Assembly: GCA_965223265.1 (NCBI GenBank)
Contig: OZ244999.1
Location: 8,768,001 to 8,832,000 of the forward strand
Length of the DNA: 64,000 bases
DNA from: Planctomycetota bacterium
Lineage (GTDB): Bacteria; Planctomycetota; UBA8108; SXIK01
Reading direction: 5' to 3'
Shown: positions 58,651 to 64,000 of the stretch, piece by piece
Numbering within the stretch: position 1 is the first letter of the stretch
Layout of the letters: every line of letters begins with the position of its first letter
The notes under the pieces: model-generated
Databases searched by the model: none
What the model saw: only the letters and a program-made list of their open reading frames with translations
What the model was told of the DNA's origin: nothing
Position numbers and translations under genes: made by a program

Positions 58651-59628
58651 CTATGTGCGCTCGATCGGGAAGGGTAGGACGTCGTCGATGTGGTTGGCGC
58701 CCGAGAGCAACATCAAAAGGCGGTCCAATCCCAGAGCCACGCCCGACGCTTCCGGCATTCCTTGCTCGAGCGCTCGAAGGAAATTCTCCGGTAGCGACAA
58801 AGCGTCTTTGCCTTGACGCTCGCGTTCCTCGTTGGCGGCAATGAATCGGCGTCGCTGCTCGACGGGATCTGTCAGTTCGCGATAGCCGTTCGCTACTTCG
58901 ATCCCATCGATGAAGAGTTCGAAACGTTCCGCCACTCTCGGGTCGCGAGGTGATTGTCGTGCCAAGGCGGCTTGGGACACCGGGTACTCAGTCACAAACG
59001 TCGCTCCCTGCCGACGCAGTTCAGGCTGGACGAGCTCTGAGAGGATCAGATCAAGCCACGCGTCTCTGGGTTGCTCTGTAAAGGAAGATGAAACGTCGAT
59101 ACCTCTCGTCTCGGCGAGTCGCGTCAGCGCCGTGACGTCAGCCGTCAGCGGATCGAGACCGGTGATCTGGAGAAACAGTTCGCTGTACGTTTGACGTGTG
59201 GTCGCCTCGAGGGTGCGTGGAGACCTCAAGCGCTCAGCCACGAACCCGACGTAGGCACCCACCTCGCTCATGAGCTGATCGACGCCGAAATCGGGGCGAT
59301 ACCACTCGAGGAGAGTGAACTCGGGGCTGTGAAGGCGTCCCCGCTCGCCGCTGCGGAAAGCCCGGGTGATCTGGTAGATCGCTCCGGTGCTGCCAACCAG
59401 CAAGCGCTTCATGCAGAGCTCGGGTGAGGTCATCAAGGAGAAGTCGTCAGACCCGTGTGTCGGCGACGCACCGATGGCACGACCCGAAACCGCGATCGGA
59501 TCGATGTGAGCGTCGACGGCTCCTTCGCGGCAAAGAACCGGCGTCTCGACTTCGAGCACACCGCGAGCAGCGAAGAACTCTCTGGATGCGGCGAGTAAGT
59601 CTGCCCGGCGCCGAAGAGCGTCGATCAT
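58651..59628 (-). CDS. epmA: EF-P lysine aminoacylase
   Basis: TSPELCMKRLL, FRSGE.G.LHSPEFTLLEWYR, AERFELF..GIEVANGY.EL, SGVALGLDRL; adjacent to efp. Confidence 0.95.
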   Translation of the reverse strand: MIDALRRRADLLAASREFFAARGVLEVETPVLCREGAVDAHIDPIAVSGRAIGASPTHGSDDFSLMTSPELCMKRLLVGSTGAIYQITRAFRSGERGRLHSPEFTLLEWYRPDFGVDQLMSEVGAYVGFVAERLRSPRTLEATTRQTYSELFLQITGLDPLTADVTALTRLAETRGIDVSSSFTEQPRDAWLDLILSELVQPELRRQGATFVTEYPVSQAALARQSPRDPRVAERFELFIDGIEVANGYRELTDPVEQRRRFIAANEERERQGKDALSLPENFLRALEQGMPEASGVALGLDRLLMLLSGANHIDDVLPFPIERT

Positions 59629-59650
59629 CCGGCTCGAACTGCCGGCACCG

Positions 59651-60226
59651 TCAGGATTTGACTTTGACCCGCTCGACATACTCGCCGGTGCGCGTGTCGA
59701 CCTTGATGAAATCGCCCTGGTTGATGAAGAGCGGAACACCAACTTCCGCTCCGGTTTCGAGGGTCGCCGGTTTCATCACGTTGGTTGCCGTGTTGCCGCG
59801 AGCTCCTGGCTCGCAGTATGTGATCTCCAGGACGACATGGTTCGGAGGCGTCACGGAAATGGGCCTTTCGTTCCAGAACACCACGTCGACCATGGTGCCG
59901 TCCTTGAGCCAGTTGTACGAGTCTGCCAACATGTCGCGGCCAAGTTCGTACTGCTCGAAACTCTCCGGATCCATGAAGTACCAGGTCTTTGAGTCGTTGT
60001 AGAGGTACTGGAGTCTCGATTCACTGACGTCCGCCGCGTCGATCTTATCGCCGCTGCGATAGGTGCGGTCGAGCACGTTCCCGCGAAGCAGGTTCTTAAG
60101 CTTCGTGCGATAGACGGCTTGTCCCTTACCGGGCTTCATGAACTCCGTCTCGACCATGAGGTATGGCTCGTTGTCGATGAGGACCTTGATGCCCTTCTTG
60201 AACTGGCTGGTGTTGTAGGTGGCCAT
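59651..60226 (-). CDS. efp: Elongation factor P
   Basis: KPGKGQA loop, PGARGNTA, KPATLETG, VPLFI, KVDTRTGEYVER. Confidence 0.97.
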   Translation of the reverse strand: MATYNTSQFKKGIKVLIDNEPYLMVETEFMKPGKGQAVYRTKLKNLLRGNVLDRTYRSGDKIDAADVSESRLQYLYNDSKTWYFMDPESFEQYELGRDMLADSYNWLKDGTMVDVVFWNERPISVTPPNHVVLEITYCEPGARGNTATNVMKPATLETGAEVGVPLFINQGDFIKVDTRTGEYVERVKVKS

Positions 60227-60415
60227 CGGTTTTACGGTGCTCGTCGTCGCTCTAGTGACTTGTCCATCACTTGCCCCGGATTGTCGGGGCGCCATGATAC
60301 TCCGTTGACTACAATTGTCCCAGCGATTTCGCTCTTCGACAGACTGTTCGGCGTGCCAGGACGCTGTGCAGTGGCGATCTCGCTGGCCGCTGAGAACTAT
60401 CTCGACGAGACCGCC

Positions 60416-61423
60416 GTGAATCTTTCGATTTCTACTGAAACGACGACGACCAATTGGAAGAGCGCTCTGGCCGACGCGATTCGCGACCCTGACCAGCTCA
60501 TCGCGCGTCTCGGACTCCCTGACACTTTGCGTTCAGCGGCGCGCCGAGCCGCCCAAGACTTTCCACTGGTCGTGCCGCAAAGCTTTCTCGCGCGTATGCG
60601 CTTTGGCGATCCAGAGGACCCACTGCTGCGCCAAGTCCTACCGCTGCAGGCCGAGACGGAGTGGACCGCAGGCTTTTCGGAGGATCCCGTGGGTGATGCC
60701 GCTGCGGAGCGGGCACCCGGTCTTCTTCACAAGTACCACGGTCGCGCCCTCTTGGTCGTGTCGGGGAAGTGCGCGATCAACTGTCGCTACTGTTTTCGAC
60801 GCCACTATCCCTACGAGCAAGTACCGCGGTCGATGGCGGCCTGGCAGCCGGCGATCGACGCCATCTTGGCAGACAATTCGGTGGCCGAAGTCATCCTTAG
60901 TGGCGGGGATCCACTTGTGCTCACCGACGCCGTCCTTGAACGTTTGATCGATGCGCTCGAATCGATTCCTCACGTGCGGCGCTTACGGATCCATTCGCGA
61001 CTGCCCATCGTGTTGCCGGAGCGGGTCACCCTCGAGCTCTGCCAGCTGCTCGCTAAGACCAAACTGACGTGCGTCTTCGTCCTGCATTCCAATCACGCTG
61101 CTGAGCTCGTGGGTGACTGCGCGGCCGCGATCGTGCGTCTTGCCGATCATGGACTTCAGCTGCTCAACCAGGCGGTGCTACTACGCGGCGTGAACGATCG
61201 ACACGACGTGCTTCAGCGACTCTGTGAGCGATGCATCGAGCTGCGGATGATGCCTTACTACTTGCACCAGCTTGACCCTGTCGCGGGTGCCGCTCACTTC
61301 GCCGTTAGCGAAGCGGAAGGCAAGGAGCTGATAGAGCAGCTGCGGCGGACGCTTCCTGGTTACGCCGTGCCGCGGTTTGTGCGCGAAGTGCAGGGTGCTC
61401 CGAGCAAGACGTTGCTCGTGTGA
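60416..61423 (+). CDS. epmB: EF-P beta-lysylation lysine 2,3-aminomutase
   Basis: LLHKYHGR, CAINCRYCFRRHYPY, SGGDPL, NQAVLLRGVND, PYYLHQLD; divergent from efp; start approximate. Confidence 0.93.
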   Translation: MNLSISTETTTTNWKSALADAIRDPDQLIARLGLPDTLRSAARRAAQDFPLVVPQSFLARMRFGDPEDPLLRQVLPLQAETEWTAGFSEDPVGDAAAERAPGLLHKYHGRALLVVSGKCAINCRYCFRRHYPYEQVPRSMAAWQPAIDAILADNSVAEVILSGGDPLVLTDAVLERLIDALESIPHVRRLRIHSRLPIVLPERVTLELCQLLAKTKLTCVFVLHSNHAAELVGDCAAAIVRLADHGLQLLNQAVLLRGVNDRHDVLQRLCERCIELRMMPYYLHQLDPVAGAAHFAVSEAEGKELIEQLRRTLPGYAVPRFVREVQGAPSKTLLV

Positions 61424-61523
61424 TTCGCGCGCCGTTGCGACCGTTCGATTCGGCGCAGGAAGCGGTATCCCGACTCCTGCATTCGGCGTGAATCCGAGCG
61501 AACGTTCCGCCTCACGTGCTCGC

Positions 61524-64000
61524 TTACAGCACTTCCGCACGCTTCTCTGATGCCCGCAGACCGAGGTTTCCATAGCGGTGGTAGTCGTTCGAGATCGACT
61601 GCTCTCGCACGTACCAGAGAAGTTCGATGCGTCCGTTCGAGACGACGTTGGTTCTCGCGACGTAGAGCGCAGACTCATGCGCTGCTTGCAGTACCCCCAT
61701 TGGGGCTCTCTCCGGCGCTGCGTAGCGAACTCTTTCCGTCTGCAGATCGCGAATCGCCTGAGTGAGGGCGTCGTCGGTCTCGTCGACGAATTCGATGGCT
61801 GCGCCCCACGGTTCCGTCTGGATGCGCAGGGCGTCCAAGGCAGGCGAGCGGAAGCCAGGCGGAACACTGACGGTGATCCGACAACCCGCCGTCTTCGCCG
61901 CACAGACACGTCCGTAGAGATCGAATAGAGTGTCGTCCGGGTGCAGGCGTATCCTTAACTCATCCACTGATCGGTAACGACGAATATTGTCCTGACCTAC
62001 GAGCTTGACGTCGTCGTGCTGCACGCCGAACTCCTGTTCCATCCATTCGTCGTAGCTTTCAATTGCGGCCACCACGCGTCGCAGCTCGGCCGGCGGTAGT
62101 TGCTGCCGAGCTCGTGCTAACTCCGCGAGCTGTGTCTTTAGGGTCTGCAGGTCTGAGTCGGCGACGTCACGATCGCGAGGCCGCGCGTCTGTCTCGTCGA
62201 AGCGCATGAACTGGGAGACGTAGTTGGGGCCACCGGCCTTGATGCCCGGGCCAAACGCCGACTTCCCCATGCCGCCGAATGGTTGGCGTAGGACGATTGC
62301 GCCGGTGGTGACGCGGTTGATGTAGAGGTTTCCGGCGGGAACTTGATCGAGCCATGACTTCTGTTCGCGGTCATCCAAACTTTCGAGGCCGGACGTGAGG
62401 CCGTAGCCGGTTCGGCGCACGAATTGGACCGCCTCATGAAGACTCTTCGCCTTCATGACTCCGAGCACCGGGCCGAAGAACTCCGTGGTGTGCGTGTAGC
62501 TGCCTGGTTGAACGTCCCACTTGACGCCAGGTGAATACAGACATGGGTTGCCCTCGAGTTGACGTGGCAGAACCGCCCACGATTCGCCGGGTTCGAGCTC
62601 TTTGAGGGCCCTCTCTAAGTCGCCGCTCGGCGGGCGGATCATCGGGCCGACGCGATTCTCCAACTTCCAAGCGGAGCCGACCGTGAGGCTCTCGACGGCA
62701 TCGCACAGAGTTTCCTTGAAGCGTGGATCGTCGTACACTTCCTCTTCCAAGATCAGCAGCGATGTCGCGGAACACTTCTGACCGCTGTGGCTGAACGCTG
62801 AATGAATGATGTGCTTGATCGCTTGCTCGCGGTCGCTCAAGGCGGTGACGATCGTTGCGTTCTTGCCACCCGTCTCAGCGAAGAGATCCATGTCCGGCTG
62901 CGCTCCCAACATGTGCAGAGCCGTCTCCGTTCCACCCGTGAGAATCACCGCGTCGACGTCCTTGTGCGCGACCAAATGGGCACCCACCGAGCGTCCTGGC
63001 GCTGGCATGAACTGAAGCACTTGTTTTGAGATTCCTGCGCGCCAGAAGCAGGCGCAAAGCGTGTAGGCGACGAGCGCACTGTCGGATGCCGGTTTCAGGA
63101 TGACATTGTTGCCAGCCGCAAGTGCCGCTGCGATGCCACCACACGGGATCGCAATCGGGAAGTTCCATGGCGAGACGATGACCACGACACCCTTGCCGTG
63201 CTGTTCGACGCCGCGCAGTCGTTCGAATGCGACGGCGCTACGCCGGTAGTACTCAGCGAAGTCGATAGCCTCTGATACTTCGGCGTCGGATTCAGTGAGA
63301 GTCTTGCCGCCGTCAGCCAGGGCGGCGCCCATGAGCTCGGCACGCGCCCTCCTGAGTTGATCTGCAACGCGTGCCAGGAGCTCCGAGCGCTCGACTGCGC
63401 TCGTGCTGCGCCATCCCTCTTGATCACGCTTCGCGCACGCGACGGCGTGGTCTGCATCATCCGATGTGGCATGCCGAAAGTGCGCCACGACGATGTCGGG
63501 GCGAGACGGATCCGAGGAGTGCCGCACTTCACGGTCCTTGAAGATCTCTTTCCCGTCGACGACTAGAGGGACGTCGAGGGCTCGATCTCCTTGCCGCGCC
63601 TCCCAGTCTTCGAGGATGCTTTTTGCCCAGGAAACATTGACGGACAAGCAGAAGTCAGTATCGGGTTCGTTCTTGAACGTCTCGTATTCATGGTCCACTG
63701 CCTCAGTTTGAGCGACTTCGTCGAGTCGCGATTGAGTGCGCCGTGGCGTTTCCGGTAGCGTCTCGATGGCGCTAAACGACTCCACGAACCCTGCTTCCAG
63801 TCGTTTCCACTCCGGAGAATCAACGGTCACCTTGAACGCGTGGCGCAAAAAGTTATCAGGCCCGGTGTTCTCGTCCAGACGCCGGATGAGGTAGCCGATG
63901 GCATTGATGAAGTTCTCCTTGCGTGTCGCTGGCGCGTAGAGGAGTAGATTGCTCGAGACTTCGAAAAGCGCACGGCGTTGATGGTTCGCCATGCCTTCGA
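61524..64000 (-). CDS. putA: Bifunctional proline dehydrogenase / P5C dehydrogenase; 5' end outside the window
   Basis: EGMA and YLIRRLDENT (PRODH end), SPWNFP, AETGGKN, GQKCSA, EFFGP, RQPFGG. Confidence 0.93.
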   Translation of the reverse strand, partial: EGMANHQRRALFEVSSNLLLYAPATRKENFINAIGYLIRRLDENTGPDNFLRHAFKVTVDSPEWKRLEAGFVESFSAIETLPETPRRTQSRLDEVAQTEAVDHEYETFKNEPDTDFCLSVNVSWAKSILEDWEARQGDRALDVPLVVDGKEIFKDREVRHSSDPSRPDIVVAHFRHATSDDADHAVACAKRDQEGWRSTSAVERSELLARVADQLRRARAELMGAALADGGKTLTESDAEVSEAIDFAEYYRRSAVAFERLRGVEQHGKGVVVIVSPWNFPIAIPCGGIAAALAAGNNVILKPASDSALVAYTLCACFWRAGISKQVLQFMPAPGRSVGAHLVAHKDVDAVILTGGTETALHMLGAQPDMDLFAETGGKNATIVTALSDREQAIKHIIHSAFSHSGQKCSATSLLILEEEVYDDPRFKETLCDAVESLTVGSAWKLENRVGPMIRPPSGDLERALKELEPGESWAVLPRQLEGNPCLYSPGVKWDVQPGSYTHTTEFFGPVLGVMKAKSLHEAVQFVRRTGYGLTSGLESLDDREQKSWLDQVPAGNLYINRVTTGAIVLRQPFGGMGKSAFGPGIKAGGPNYVSQFMRFDETDARPRDRDVADSDLQTLKTQLAELARARQQLPPAELRRVVAAIESYDEWMEQEFGVQHDDVKLVGQDNIRRYRSVDELRIRLHPDDTLFDLYGRVCAAKTAGCRITVSVPPGFRSPALDALRIQTEPWGAAIEFVDETDDALTQAIRDLQTERVRYAAPERAPMGVLQAAHESALYVARTNVVSNGRIELLWYVREQSISNDYHRYGNLGLRASEKRAEVL

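Overview
High-GC bacterial chromosomal segment with a Planctomycetota-like gene content (DUF1501 and DUF1549/DUF1553 pairs, dockerin-tailed secreted proteins, a PQQ-propeller giant, epmA-efp-epmB, putA); the taxonomy is an inference from gene families only. About 40 CDS are supportable, including a PhoD-like gene running off the left end that the ORF track missed and a DUF1553 gene split by a 1-bp frameshift. I saw no rRNA, tRNA, CRISPR array, transposase or reverse transcriptase. The most unusual signal is non-coding and centres on 51.7-53.4 kb. Two convergent 107-aa four-helix-bundle (23S-IVP/Avd-like) genes, about 49% identical, each carry the same structured leader: a 41-nt core, 39/41 identical, whose two differences form a compensatory pair, with GCGNAGC mini-hairpins on the non-coding strand. 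Each gene also has a 3' hairpin, and the pair is embedded in hexamer arrays including a perfect (GAGACA)42. Gene-less arrays of the same two-block type recur at about 1.4, 14.5-15.1, 20.4 and 27.9-28.3 kb. There are also two different MITE-like palindromic elements, one with a CTAA target duplication and a decayed second copy.
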